64,000 bases of DNA from an uncultured delta proteobacterium (GTDB lineage Bacteria > Desulfobacterota > Binatia > UBA9968): positions 64,001-128,000 of the forward strand of contig CAVWLW010000069.1 in NCBI GenBank assembly GCA_963755715.1, read 5' to 3'. The position numbers and the translations under genes are program-made. This document shows, piece after piece, positions 40,454 through 50,965 of this stretch; position 1 is the stretch's first letter, and each line of letters starts with the position of its first letter. Below the pieces are notes generated by a model. The model did not search any database and was not told the origin of the DNA. It was given only the letters and a program-made list of their open reading frames with translations.

Positions 40454-43400
40454 ATGTGTTCGTGGCGCTTCATGGGCCAAGAAGAATACCAAGAATTGTC
40501 ATCGTTTTTGCGGCGTTTCATCCGGCGCCTGAAACTGCTCGAAGGCGTCGAGGGACTTTGCTTAACGGCGATCTGCGCTCTATTGCTTTTCGCGCTCGGC
40601 CCCGGTGTCGATCAGCTCAAGAATCTCCTTCCTTATGCGCCGCTCGCTTACAGCATCCTCACCTGCATCGTCCTTCTAACCGCGTTCGGCTGGTCGCTGT
40701 TTCGCTTCCTGCGCCGGCTTTCGCAAGAACGGGCGGCGCTCTACATCGAGCAAAAACAACCCAGACTGCGCAATAATTTAATCAATTCCTTGCAACTCTA
40801 TCCGCAAGTTGTCGGCGCCGAAAACGCTCAAGGCTTTTCATCGGGCATGGTGCTGGCGCTCTTGCGCACGACCCGAAAACAGATCGCCGGCCTGCGGGTT
40901 GATGATCTGCTCGACAAACGGCGCTTGATGACCAGCCTGCGTTTGCTCGGTTTCTTGGTCGTTCCGGTAGCGGCGATGGTGCTGCTCAATCCCTCCTGGG
41001 TGGGCGGCACGATCAGCCTGTTGACCCGACCACTCGATCATTTGCCACCGAGCCAAACGACTGTCGAGATTGAGCCCAAAGGGTTGCGCGTCGTGCGCGG
41101 CGCGCCAGTAACGATCCGCGCCGCTACTGCCGGCGCGCTACCGGCGACTTTGGATTTGATGACTTGGACGGCCACCGACGAGGGCGGCCAACCGATCGGC
41201 GTGGAAAAAGTGCCGATGGAAAATCTCGGCGCAGGAAAATTCAGCGCCAAGGTCGCGCGTTTGGAAAAAACTTTGCGCTATCGAGCGGTCACAGGTCCGT
41301 TTACATCGCCGACCTACACCGCCGAAGCCGTCGATCCGCCGGAAATCGCCAACGTCCAACTGATGCTTTATCCGCCCGCCTACACTGGCCTCGCATCGGT
41401 TTCCGTGCCGGAAGGCAATATCGAAGGACTCAAAGGATCGACACTGCGGCTCGATGCGGTCACGACTAAAGATGTCGTCAAAGCAGACATCGTCATGGAT
41501 GACGGCAAGAAAATTCCGCTCAAAATCGATGGCCGCAAACTCCAGGCGAACCTCGTCTTGTTTCAAGCGCAATCCTATCGAATCTTAGTCGAAGACAGCT
41601 ACGGTTTTCACAACACGCCGATCAGTTATGAGCTGCGCGTCAAACCGGACGGTTTTCCCACGGTCGACTTGCTGCGACCGACCGAAGACTTGGAAATCAA
41701 CGGTGACGAAACCCTGTCGCTGGAATACAGCGCGCGCGATGATTTCGGCATTGGCGAAATCGCCTTGATCACCAAGGTCGGCGACCGCGAAGAGAAAATC
41801 AGCCTGCAAAAAGAGGATGCCAAGCGGCTCATCCTGCGCGACCAGTATGCGTGGGATCTCGGCAAGCTCGGCTTGCACGACGGCGAAGAAGCGGTATTCT
41901 TCCTCCAGGTCTTCGATAACGACACGATCTCGGGCCCGAAAATCGGCACCTCGCGCTCGATTCGATTGAAGCTGAAAAATCTCAAAGGCGAGCATCAACA
42001 AGTCGCCGACATGGTGCGCGACTTGAATCAGCGCATGGTCGATCTCCTGGCCGATCATCTCGAAACCCCGGCGCCCGGCGAAAAACCGGCGGCACCGGAA
42101 TTAGACAAGAAGTTCGAGCAGAATCTTACCGACGCGCTCAAGCGCACCGAAGACGTGATGCGCCAGACGGAAAAAGACCGTATGTCCGATTACGCCACTT
42201 GGACCGATCTCGAGGCGCTCAAACGCAATCTAGAATTCACCAAAAACGAGCTTTTAAAGAAGCAAGAGCAAGCCGCCAATAACGACGAGAAGCTCAAGGC
42301 GCGCGACGATATCGCCGCCGAGCTCGAGCGCATGTCGCTTTTGTCTGAAGATATCGGCAAGCGGATGAAGGCGCAGGAGTTGGCCTCGACGGCGCAAGAC
42401 TTGGCACGCAACCAGGAACGCCTGATGGACTCCTTGGAGAAGCTCCAGAGCGGCGACAAGAATCTCGACGCCATCATGAAGCAGATTGCCGAGCTGGCGA
42501 AGACCTTGGCGAGCCTGCAGCAGGCGGTCTCGCAGCTGGCGCAGCAGATGCCGGACGATTTTATGAACGCCGACACTATGCAAGGTCTCGGCTTCAACGA
42601 TATGTTTCGCGCCCTCGACGAGATTCGCAAAAAGCTCATGGCTGGAGATATTGAAGGCGCACGCCAAATGGCACGGGAGTTGTTCAATCAGATGGCGCAG
42701 ATGGCCGCAGCGATGCAAAACGCCCAACGCTCCGCCATGGCTTCGGGCATGGGCCGCATGCAAGGCGAGATGCAGCGCCAGAGCAACGAGCTTCAGGAAA
42801 TCGCCCGCGAGCAACAAGAGATCCTGGCCAAGACCGAAGGAGTCAACAATTCGGCTTTGACCGAACGCGACTCCGCGCTCAAGAACAAACTCGATCGCTT
42901 CCTCGAAAAGGCCGTCTCCGAGTTGGGTCAGCTGACCGAGCTCTTTCCCGATCGTGAAGGCCCCGACGATCCAAACCTGCTAACCAACTTGGACGACGCG
43001 ACGATGAATTCGCTGCTCAAGAATCTTATCGCCAAGCTCTCCAACAAAGATTTTCCCGGTTACGGCGAGGGTGACGGTTGGGCGCGCAAAGAGCTCGGAA
43101 AAAAACGCTCGCCGGCACAGGAGCGTCGCGCCCAGCGCGCCGAAAAAAGCCTCGATGACATAAAATCCGAGCTCCAAGCGCTGCTCAACGAGCCGGCTCG
43201 GGCACTCTCCGATGCTGAGAAGCGGGACGTGCGCGACCTAGCGCACCGCCAGGACGTGCTGAAAGAACGGACTGAAGAGCTGCACGAAAAATTGGAATCG
43301 CTCTTTCAGCTCTTCCCTCAGCTCGATCCGAAGATCGTGCAGAACATTGGCGAAGCCGGGCAATCTATGGGCAGCGCGCAGAATCGGCTCGGCCAGTTGG

Positions 43401-43777
43401 ATTCACGCGGCGCGGTGCCGCCGGAACAAGCCGCCCTCGACCGGTTGTCACAATCTCAGCAACAGATGCAGTCTTCGATGCAGCAAATGGCGCAGCGCGG
43501 CCAGCTCGGCAACATGCCGATCACCCGCCTGTTCCGCCAAGGGCGATTTCTGCCCTATGGCTCGATGACGCCGCTTCCCGGCATGCCGCAGTTTCCCCAA
43601 TTCGATATCGAAAATGGTTTCAGCGGCCTGGACACCGAAAAATTTCATCTGCCGGGAAAAGACGAATACAAAGCACCGCGCAATTTCCGTGAGGAAATCC
43701 TCGAGTCGCTCAAGCAAGGCGTACCGCCCCAGATGAAAGAGCAAATCGAGCGCTATTTCAAAAATCTTTCCGAGTGA
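40454..43777 (+). CDS. DUF4175-like large membrane-anchored Ig-like/coiled-coil protein
   Basis: Three N-terminal TMs, PPAYTG, ARDDFGI, DNDTISGPK, long Gln/Met-rich helical region, IERYFKNL end; start may be 40472. Confidence 0.8.
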   Translation: MCSWRFMGQEEYQELSSFLRRFIRRLKLLEGVEGLCLTAICALLLFALGPGVDQLKNLLPYAPLAYSILTCIVLLTAFGWSLFRFLRRLSQERAALYIEQKQPRLRNNLINSLQLYPQVVGAENAQGFSSGMVLALLRTTRKQIAGLRVDDLLDKRRLMTSLRLLGFLVVPVAAMVLLNPSWVGGTISLLTRPLDHLPPSQTTVEIEPKGLRVVRGAPVTIRAATAGALPATLDLMTWTATDEGGQPIGVEKVPMENLGAGKFSAKVARLEKTLRYRAVTGPFTSPTYTAEAVDPPEIANVQLMLYPPAYTGLASVSVPEGNIEGLKGSTLRLDAVTTKDVVKADIVMDDGKKIPLKIDGRKLQANLVLFQAQSYRILVEDSYGFHNTPISYELRVKPDGFPTVDLLRPTEDLEINGDETLSLEYSARDDFGIGEIALITKVGDREEKISLQKEDAKRLILRDQYAWDLGKLGLHDGEEAVFFLQVFDNDTISGPKIGTSRSIRLKLKNLKGEHQQVADMVRDLNQRMVDLLADHLETPAPGEKPAAPELDKKFEQNLTDALKRTEDVMRQTEKDRMSDYATWTDLEALKRNLEFTKNELLKKQEQAANNDEKLKARDDIAAELERMSLLSEDIGKRMKAQELASTAQDLARNQERLMDSLEKLQSGDKNLDAIMKQIAELAKTLASLQQAVSQLAQQMPDDFMNADTMQGLGFNDMFRALDEIRKKLMAGDIEGARQMARELFNQMAQMAAAMQNAQRSAMASGMGRMQGEMQRQSNELQEIAREQQEILAKTEGVNNSALTERDSALKNKLDRFLEKAVSELGQLTELFPDREGPDDPNLLTNLDDATMNSLLKNLIAKLSNKDFPGYGEGDGWARKELGKKRSPAQERRAQRAEKSLDDIKSELQALLNEPARALSDAEKRDVRDLAHRQDVLKERTEELHEKLESLFQLFPQLDPKIVQNIGEAGQSMGSAQNRLGQLDSRGAVPPEQAALDRLSQSQQQMQSSMQQMAQRGQLGNMPITRLFRQGRFLPYGSMTPLPGMPQFPQFDIENGFSGLDTEKFHLPGKDEYKAPRNFREEILESLKQGVPPQMKEQIERYFKNLSE

Positions 43778-43784
43778 TCCCGCA

Positions 43785-45377
43785 TTGAAGTACCGAGTTT
43801 CTTTGTTTTCCTTTTTCGGGCTTTTTTTGCTGTTGGCCGGGCCGACGTTTGGCGCTGAGGCCGATCCGAAGTTCAAAGCCGGCGAGGAGATGTTGGACGC
43901 CTGGCGCACGGCCCAGGCCGAAGAATTCGCCGCCAAAGCGCTCAAGGAGGACCCCAAGTCGGCGGCGGCGCTCGAATTCGACGCTCGGGTGAAATTCTAC
44001 GAAGGCCGCTACGCCGAAGCACTGGCTGTTTTCGAGCGCGCCCTCGCCATCGACTCGACCAACCAAAGACGCCAGGCGTTAAAGCTGCTCACGCAGTTCA
44101 CCGTCGATGTCCACAAATCGCTCAAGCGCCATGAAAGCGCGCATTTCGTTTTGTTCGCCGACGATAAGCGCGACGCCATCCTCGTGCCGCTCGCGCTCGC
44201 GGCCCTGGAAAAGAGTTACGAAACAACCGGAGCGGAGCTCGGTTTTTATCCGAAAGAGAAAGTCCGGGTCGAGATCGCGCCCGACGCGACCAGCTTTAAC
44301 GCCATTTCGACGCTTTCACTGCGCGATATCGAGGAGACCGGCGCCGTGGGCATCTGCAAGTTCAACAAGCTCATGATCATCTCGCCGCGCGCGTTAAGCT
44401 TCGGTTATCGCTGGCTGGATTCGCTCAGTCATGAATACCAGCACTACGCCATCGTCGCCCTTAGCAACAATCAAGCGCCGATCTGGCTGCACGAAGGCAT
44501 GGCGCGCTTTTACGAAACCCGCTGGCGCAAACCGGCGCCAACGACCGACGCCGCGGAAGATTATTTGACGCCGGCCAATCAAACCCTGCTCGTGCAAGCT
44601 TTGGCGAAAAACCAGTTTGTCGGCTTTAAAAACATGGAGCCGTCTTTGATTCACCTCGAGACGCCCGAGCAGGTGCAGCTCGCCTATGCCGAGGCGGCCT
44701 CAGCGGTGGATTTCATCAACCAGAGCAAAGGCCGGGCGGGGGTCCGCGAACTGCTCGCAACGTTGAATGACAAACCGACGCCTGAAGCGATCGAAAAAGT
44801 CTACGGCATGTCGTTCGATGCTTTCGAAACCAAATGGAAAGGTTTTCTCAAAACCAAAGGGCTAAAAGAAATCGAAGGCAGCCGCGTGCGCAAGTTCAAG
44901 GTCAAAAAGGACCAGCGCGAAGACGAAGAAGTGGTCGAATTGAGAGAAATCCAGTCGGCGGTGGCGCGCAATCGCACTCATCTGGCCGATCAATTGCTCG
45001 GCAAAGGACGCACCGCCGCGGCGACCGCCGAATACCAGCGCGCTTTGCAGGCTAGCCCGTATTCCCCGATCATTCTCAACAAGCTCGGACGGGTGATGAT
45101 CGAAACCAACCGTCCGGCAGAAGCTTTGCCGTTGCTGCAGAAAGCGCTCGACGTGGATCCTGATAACGTCAATGCCTATGTGCAATTGGGCCGCGCCCAG
45201 AATGCCACGAAGAATTTCAAAGAGGCGCGCAGCGCGCTCGAGGAAGCCATCCAGATCAATCCATTTAACCCGCTCATCTACCGCTTACTCGGCGATACCT
45301 ATACGGCCCTCGGCGAGCCGGAAAAAGCGCGGCTCGCCAAAGCGACGCTCGACAAACTCATGACCGGCAATAATTAA
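43785..45377 (+). CDS. Exported TPR protein with peptidase MA-like (gluzincin) domain
   Basis: Signal peptide, TPRs at both ends, HEYQH...PIWLHEGMA zinc-binding motif. Confidence 0.85.
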   Translation: MKYRVSLFSFFGLFLLLAGPTFGAEADPKFKAGEEMLDAWRTAQAEEFAAKALKEDPKSAAALEFDARVKFYEGRYAEALAVFERALAIDSTNQRRQALKLLTQFTVDVHKSLKRHESAHFVLFADDKRDAILVPLALAALEKSYETTGAELGFYPKEKVRVEIAPDATSFNAISTLSLRDIEETGAVGICKFNKLMIISPRALSFGYRWLDSLSHEYQHYAIVALSNNQAPIWLHEGMARFYETRWRKPAPTTDAAEDYLTPANQTLLVQALAKNQFVGFKNMEPSLIHLETPEQVQLAYAEAASAVDFINQSKGRAGVRELLATLNDKPTPEAIEKVYGMSFDAFETKWKGFLKTKGLKEIEGSRVRKFKVKKDQREDEEVVELREIQSAVARNRTHLADQLLGKGRTAAATAEYQRALQASPYSPIILNKLGRVMIETNRPAEALPLLQKALDVDPDNVNAYVQLGRAQNATKNFKEARSALEEAIQINPFNPLIYRLLGDTYTALGEPEKARLAKATLDKLMTGNN

Positions 45378-45396
45378 TCGATCGAGAAGGAAGACC

Positions 45397-46425
45397 ATGG
45401 AAGCAACGGAGATGGAACAACACGAGATCGCGGAGATCGAAGAGTTCGCGAACAAGCGCGACAGCATGCTCGGCGAGATCCGTAAGGTCATCGTCGGCCA
45501 AGACCACGTCATCGAAGAAGTGCTGATTGCTCTGTTCGCCAGGGGCCATTGCCTGCTCGTCGGCGTGCCGGGATTGGCGAAGACCCTTTTGATCAGCACA
45601 CTCGCGGAAATTTTGGATCTCGACTTTAACCGCATCCAGTTCACTCCCGACTTAATGCCTTCGGACATCACCGGCACCGATATCTTGCAGGAAGATGCCG
45701 CCACCGGCCGGCGCGCTTTTCAGTTTCTCCGCGGGCCGATTTTCACCAACATCCTGCTCGCGGACGAAATCAACCGGACACCACCCAAGACGCAAGCGGC
45801 ACTTTTGCAATCGATGCAAGAATACAAAGTCACCGCCGGCGGCACCACTTTTCCGCTCGACCTGCCGTTTTTCGTTCTGGCCACGCAAAACCCCATCGAG
45901 CAGGAAGGCACCTACCCGCTTCCCGAAGCCCAGCTCGATCGCTTTATGGTGAACGTGGAGATCGGTTATCCGGATTTTGAAGACGAAGTGCAGATCGTGA
46001 TGCAGACAACGTCGACCGGCAAACCGTCGCCGCACAAAATAATGGACGGCCCGGCGATTTTGCATTATCAGGAGCTGGTGCGAAAGGTTCCCGTCTCGCC
46101 CTTCGTGGTTTCTTACGCGGTCAGCTTGGCGCAGCGCTCGCGGCCGAAAAACGCCGACGCTTCGCAGTACGTCAAGGATTACGTCGAATGGGGCGCCGGC
46201 CCGCGCGCTTCGCAGTATCTGATCCTCGGCGCCAAAGCGCGCACGATCCTGCAGGGCCGCTATGCCGTGTCGATTGAAGATATTCAGGCGCTGGCTCCTT
46301 CCGTGCTCCGTCACCGCATCGTGCCCAACTTCAAGGCTCAAGGCGAAGGGCTCTCCTCCGGCGATATCATCAAGCGTCTTTTGACCGATATAAAACCTTC
46401 CGCGGACGGCAGAGCCGCGAAATAA
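45397..46425 (+). CDS. moxR: MoxR family AAA+ ATPase
   Basis: GVPGLAKT, RIQFTPDLMPSD, LADEINR, ATQNPIEQEGTYPLPEAQLDRF, WGAGPRA, LRHR. Confidence 0.95.
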   Translation: MEATEMEQHEIAEIEEFANKRDSMLGEIRKVIVGQDHVIEEVLIALFARGHCLLVGVPGLAKTLLISTLAEILDLDFNRIQFTPDLMPSDITGTDILQEDAATGRRAFQFLRGPIFTNILLADEINRTPPKTQAALLQSMQEYKVTAGGTTFPLDLPFFVLATQNPIEQEGTYPLPEAQLDRFMVNVEIGYPDFEDEVQIVMQTTSTGKPSPHKIMDGPAILHYQELVRKVPVSPFVVSYAVSLAQRSRPKNADASQYVKDYVEWGAGPRASQYLILGAKARTILQGRYAVSIEDIQALAPSVLRHRIVPNFKAQGEGLSSGDIIKRLLTDIKPSADGRAAK

Positions 46426-46460
46426 ATTTCCACTTTCCAAACACAGATTTCAAATTCGCC

Positions 46461-47003
46461 ATGCCATATGGAATCTGTCATTTAGGTTTTTTACCGCTAT
46501 CGAGAAAATCCGCTGCGGGCGCCGATAATTTTGGTATCGACGTGCGCGGCAACCGCCAATTTCGCTGGCAAACCCGCCAAGCCCTGGCCTTGCTCTACCC
46601 CCTCGCGCAATTCGAGCTAATCCGTAGAAATATTTCAATCATCCGTCAGGCGCGTCGCAGCGGCATGAAAGCCTGGGCCAAGAAACCCACTTTTCTCGTC
46701 GGCAAACCGACGTGGCGCCATTCTGTTGTCTGGTATGCCGGCGCCATCGCCCATGACGCCTATCATGGCGAGCTTTACGCCGGCGGCAAAACAAACTGTA
46801 CGGGCAAAGCGCCTGAAGCCGACGTTTGGTCCGGCGTCGAAGCCGAAACAAAATGTCTCGTCTTTCAAGCCGAGGTTCTTTTGGCGCTCAACGCGGAGCC
46901 GACGCTCATCGGTTACGTAAATCAATGGCGGCAAAATCCGACCTATCAAGGCTGCAACAAAGGTTGGCGCAGCTGGCTAGATTATCTTAAACGCCAGTGG
47001 TAG
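46461..47003 (+). CDS. Hypothetical protein with HDxxH zincin-like motif
   Basis: 180-aa ORF on the operon strand filling the moxR-DUF58 gap; WYAGAIAHDAYH...EAE; start uncertain. Confidence 0.6.
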   Translation: MPYGICHLGFLPLSRKSAAGADNFGIDVRGNRQFRWQTRQALALLYPLAQFELIRRNISIIRQARRSGMKAWAKKPTFLVGKPTWRHSVVWYAGAIAHDAYHGELYAGGKTNCTGKAPEADVWSGVEAETKCLVFQAEVLLALNAEPTLIGYVNQWRQNPTYQGCNKGWRSWLDYLKRQW

Positions 47004-47108
47004 AAATTTGGCAGTTCGATGACGAAGAAAAACTTTCAGGATGGAAGATCGAGGATAAAGGATCGCGATGGATCTTCGCTTCTCGATCCTCGACAATAGA
47101 AAAAGGCC

Positions 47109-47999
47109 ATGCCCGACGGCGCCAAAAACTATTTCGATCCCAAGGTTCTCGCTGGGATTTCCAATCTTGCCTTGCGCGCCCGCTGGGTCGTCGAGGGACT
47201 GATGTCCGGCGTGCATCGGAGTCGCTCCAAGGGTTTCAGTGTCGAATTCGAAGAACACCGCGAATACTCGCCAGGCGATGAGATTCGCCGCATCGATTGG
47301 AAGGCGCTCGGCAAGTTCGACCGCTACTTCATCAAAGAGTATGAAGATGAAACCAACCTGCGCGCGTATCTCCTTTTGGACGCCAGCGCGTCGATGAATT
47401 ATGCCTCGGATGGCATTACGAAATTTGACTACGGCTGCACGCTCGCAGCATCGCTCGCTTATCTTATTCTCAAGCAGCAAGACGCCGCCGGCCTCGTCAC
47501 CTTCTCCGACCATATCGAATCGTTCGTGCCGCCGCGCGCCAAGCGCGATTATCTGACGCAGATCCTGGGCGCTTTGGAAAAGCGCGGCCCGGCGGGCGAA
47601 ACCAACGTCGGCAAGATTCTCGAAGACATCGCCGGCCAGGTGAAGCGACGTGGCCTGATTGTCCTGGTGTCCGACTTGCTCGACGAGCCCGAGGCGATCC
47701 TCAAGGGGTTGCGCCAGTTTCGCTTCAAGGGCAACGATGTCATCGTCTTCCATCTGCTCGATCAAGCGGAGCTCGATTTGCCTTTCGACGGCAACATCTT
47801 ATTCGAAGATTTGGAAGCCACGAATCTGCAGGTGATCGCCGACCCGCGCACGATCCGAACGACTTACAAACAGGTCGTGCAGGAATTCATCGACGATATG
47901 CGCAAGCAATGCCGCGACAACACCATCGACTATCAAATCATCTCGACCGCGACGCCTCTGGACCAGGCCCTGGCCAGTTATCTGAGCTGGAGAGGCTAG
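47109..47999 (+). CDS. DUF58 domain (VWA-like) protein
   Basis: GVHRS..KGFSVEFEEHREYSPGD, IDWK, YEDETN, LDASASM, VSDL. Confidence 0.93.
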   Translation: MPDGAKNYFDPKVLAGISNLALRARWVVEGLMSGVHRSRSKGFSVEFEEHREYSPGDEIRRIDWKALGKFDRYFIKEYEDETNLRAYLLLDASASMNYASDGITKFDYGCTLAASLAYLILKQQDAAGLVTFSDHIESFVPPRAKRDYLTQILGALEKRGPAGETNVGKILEDIAGQVKRRGLIVLVSDLLDEPEAILKGLRQFRFKGNDVIVFHLLDQAELDLPFDGNILFEDLEATNLQVIADPRTIRTTYKQVVQEFIDDMRKQCRDNTIDYQIISTATPLDQALASYLSWRG

Positions 48000-48008
48000 C
48001 GCGCCGCG

Positions 48009-50102
48009 ATGTCGGTTTTTTTTCTCTATCCGCTTTTCCTGCTCGGACTTTTGGCGGCGTCGCTGCCCGTGCTGATTCATCTGCTCAACCGCCGCAAGCT
48101 CAAAAGAATCCGCTTTCCCGCCGTGCGCTTCATCCTGCTCTCACAAAAACGCATCTCGCGCAGTTATCGTTTGCGCCATTGGATTCTTCTGGCGCTCAGA
48201 ACTCTGGCGGTCGTATTTCTCGCGCTCTTGCTCGCCAATCCAATTTTTCAAACCGGCGCCGGGCTATTCGCCGGCGGCGGTCCGGTCGCGCTGGTCGTGC
48301 TGCTCGATAATTCGCTGAGCATGACTTGGAGCGGCGACGGCAACGGTTTCAAACAAGCCAAAGATGCCGCACGCATGCTGATCTCGGCGTTGAGCGACGA
48401 CGACCGCGCGGCGATCGTTCCGACCAACCTATCCGGCAAAGAGCTGTTTCGGCTGAAAGGACAAAAAGACGTCCTGCTGCGGGAATTGGATAGCATCGAG
48501 ATCGCCGACGGCAGCGTCAATCTGGAAGCCGCTCTCGGCAAGGCTTACGAATTGTTGAATGTCCCTGCGGGCCAAAAAGAAATCCGCTTCATCACGGACA
48601 TGGGCCTTACCGGTTGGGATCAATTCTCCGTCGCCGGGTTGAAACAGGTCGACCCATCGATACCATTCAAATTGATCCACGTCGGCCGCAAACAAGCGCC
48701 GCTCAACGGCAGCATCAAGGAAATCCGCTTAGGCAGTCAGGGCGTCGGCGCCAATCTGCCGCTGCAGATCGACGTCACGGTGGCGAACTTCGGTGATGGT
48801 GAGCTCAAGGACGTGCTCGCCCAGCTCAGCATCGACGGCCAGAACAAAGAGCAAAAACTCGTCACGGTAGCGCCAAAGGCGGAAAGTTCCTTGAGTTTTC
48901 AAACGCGGCTGAGCCAGCCGGGCGCGCACGCGGGGCAGGTGACGCTCAAAAAAGCCGGTCTCGCCGGCAATGTGACGACGAATTTCACTCTCGACGCACA
49001 GGACAAGATTAAAGTTTTGATCGTCGACGGCGATCCGCAAACCTCGCTGGTCCAAAGTGAAACTTTTTTTCTGAGCCGCGCGCTCAGTCCGTCCGGCGAG
49101 CGCGACTCGTCTGTCTTCCTGCCGACAGTAATCTTACCCGATGGACTGAACGCGGCGGCGCTGGAAACGTTCCAAGTGTTGATTTTATGCAACGTCGCAA
49201 CGCTGCCGGATAGCCTCTCGCCGAAATTACAGAATTTTTTGCGCCAAGGCGGCGGTGTGTTGATCTTTTCGGGGGACAAGTTTCAGGCCGATAGTTACAC
49301 GCAAAAACTCGCGCGCGATCTTCCCGGCCAACTCGGCGAAAAAAAGATCGGCCCGGAGGCGAATGGCGAAAAAATCGTTAATTACGATGCCAAACATCCG
49401 GCGCTGCAGTTGCTCGCCGATCCGATTCTCCTGGAATCGCTCAAGTCCGCGCGCGTTTGGGGCTACTTACGCACCGCGGCCGTCGGCCGCACGCCTTTGA
49501 TCGCGCTCGCCAACGGCGATCCTTTGTTACTCGAACAAAAAATCGGCGCAGGGCGAATCCTATTCATGACCTCATCCGCCGACCGGGACTGGACCGATCT
49601 GCCATTGAAAACCGTCTATCTGCCGTTAATGCAATCGCTCGCGCAATACTTGGCCGGCAGCAGTCGGGGCGCGTTGGACGGCGGTATCGCCGTCGGCGCG
49701 GCGAAGGAAATCGCGCTGCCGCCGACGTTTGTCGGGAAAAATTTGCGGATCACCAAGCCGGATAAACAGACGGCGGAGGTGGCGATCACCGCTGTTAAAG
49801 ACCGCGCCGGCGCCCGCATCGAGGAAAACGACCAGGCCGGTATTTACCGTTTAGCGTTGCCGGTCGGCGATAAGAATGGCGACTTGCCGCAAATGTACGC
49901 GGTCAACCCGCCGGTGCTGGAATCGCGTTTGGATGAAATCAGCACGCGCGAGCTGCAAACCAAGCTCAAGCCGATTCGCGCCGAAGTCATTCCCGTCAAT
50001 GCGCTCAAAGACGGCGGCAAACGCACCGACCTCGCCCTTCCCTTGCTGGCTCTGCTCATTGTAACGTTGCTGCTCGAAGGCTGGTTGGGTCAGCGCTTTT
50101 AG
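48009..50102 (+). CDS. BatA-domain / VWA membrane protein
   Basis: FLYPLFL...PVLIHLLNRR...FPAVRF (BatA N-terminus), LDNSLSM MIDAS, GATase-like segment, C-terminal TM LLLEGWL. Confidence 0.9.
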   Translation: MSVFFLYPLFLLGLLAASLPVLIHLLNRRKLKRIRFPAVRFILLSQKRISRSYRLRHWILLALRTLAVVFLALLLANPIFQTGAGLFAGGGPVALVVLLDNSLSMTWSGDGNGFKQAKDAARMLISALSDDDRAAIVPTNLSGKELFRLKGQKDVLLRELDSIEIADGSVNLEAALGKAYELLNVPAGQKEIRFITDMGLTGWDQFSVAGLKQVDPSIPFKLIHVGRKQAPLNGSIKEIRLGSQGVGANLPLQIDVTVANFGDGELKDVLAQLSIDGQNKEQKLVTVAPKAESSLSFQTRLSQPGAHAGQVTLKKAGLAGNVTTNFTLDAQDKIKVLIVDGDPQTSLVQSETFFLSRALSPSGERDSSVFLPTVILPDGLNAAALETFQVLILCNVATLPDSLSPKLQNFLRQGGGVLIFSGDKFQADSYTQKLARDLPGQLGEKKIGPEANGEKIVNYDAKHPALQLLADPILLESLKSARVWGYLRTAAVGRTPLIALANGDPLLLEQKIGAGRILFMTSSADRDWTDLPLKTVYLPLMQSLAQYLAGSSRGALDGGIAVGAAKEIALPPTFVGKNLRITKPDKQTAEVAITAVKDRAGARIEENDQAGIYRLALPVGDKNGDLPQMYAVNPPVLESRLDEISTRELQTKLKPIRAEVIPVNALKDGGKRTDLALPLLALLIVTLLLEGWLGQRF

Positions 50103-50190
50103 TCAATTAAAAACTAAAAAGGCAAAATTAAAAAATGAAGATAGGGTGGTCTGTTCTTTTTAACTTTAAATTTTTACTTTTGAATTCTCT

Positions 50191-50961
50191 ATGAATCGCC
50201 GCAATTTCATTCGCATGCTTTCTCAAAGTTTCATCGGCGCGGCCTTCTTGCCGTCTGTCATCGACGCCGCCGAGCCGGACGATAAACGCCGTGCGCAGTT
50301 CGTCTTCGCGCAGGTAAAATACCGTGGCGGCGATTGGAATCCTCATCCGCTCTCGGTCACGCCGCTCATGGAAGAGCTCATGGCGCGCACCAGCGTCGAA
50401 GCGGCCACCGCCAAGCGCGAGGTCACCCTCGCCGACCCCGACTTGTTCAACTATCCTTTTCTCTATCTGGCAGGCCGCTATGAATTTGAGCCGTTCAGCC
50501 AGGAAGAAATCGAAATCCTCCGTCGCTTCCTCTCTTACGGCGGTTTTTTGCTGATCGACGATGCCCTCGGCCAGCAAGGTTACGGCTTCGACAAGTCGGT
50601 GCGTCGCGAGATGCAACGGATCTTTCCGGGGAATGATTTCAAGCGCCTGCCGTCGGGCCATGCCGCGCTGAGAAGTTATTATCTCCTGCGCCGCATCGGC
50701 GGCGTGCGCATCATCAATCCCAATCTGGAAGGGATCAACGTCGGCACGTCCACGCCGGTGATCTATTGCCAGAACGACCTGGGCGGGGCCTGGGAGCGCG
50801 ATCAAGTCGGCAAGTGGACCAACACCTGCACTCCCGGCGGCGAAGCGCAGCGCAAAGACGCTTTTCATCTCGGCATCAATATCATTCTCTACGCCATGAC
50901 CGAGAACTACAAAGAAGATCTGATCCACGTCCCGTTCATTCGCAAGCGGCTCACCCGGTAA
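50191..50961 (+). CDS. DUF4159 domain protein with twin-arginine signal
   Basis: MNRRNFI; GGDWN, LFNYPFLY, LRRFLSYGGFL..DD, NDLGGAW, LGINIILYA. Confidence 0.88.
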   Translation: MNRRNFIRMLSQSFIGAAFLPSVIDAAEPDDKRRAQFVFAQVKYRGGDWNPHPLSVTPLMEELMARTSVEAATAKREVTLADPDLFNYPFLYLAGRYEFEPFSQEEIEILRRFLSYGGFLLIDDALGQQGYGFDKSVRREMQRIFPGNDFKRLPSGHAALRSYYLLRRIGGVRIINPNLEGINVGTSTPVIYCQNDLGGAWERDQVGKWTNTCTPGGEAQRKDAFHLGINIILYAMTENYKEDLIHVPFIRKRLTR

Positions 50962-50965
50962 AATC

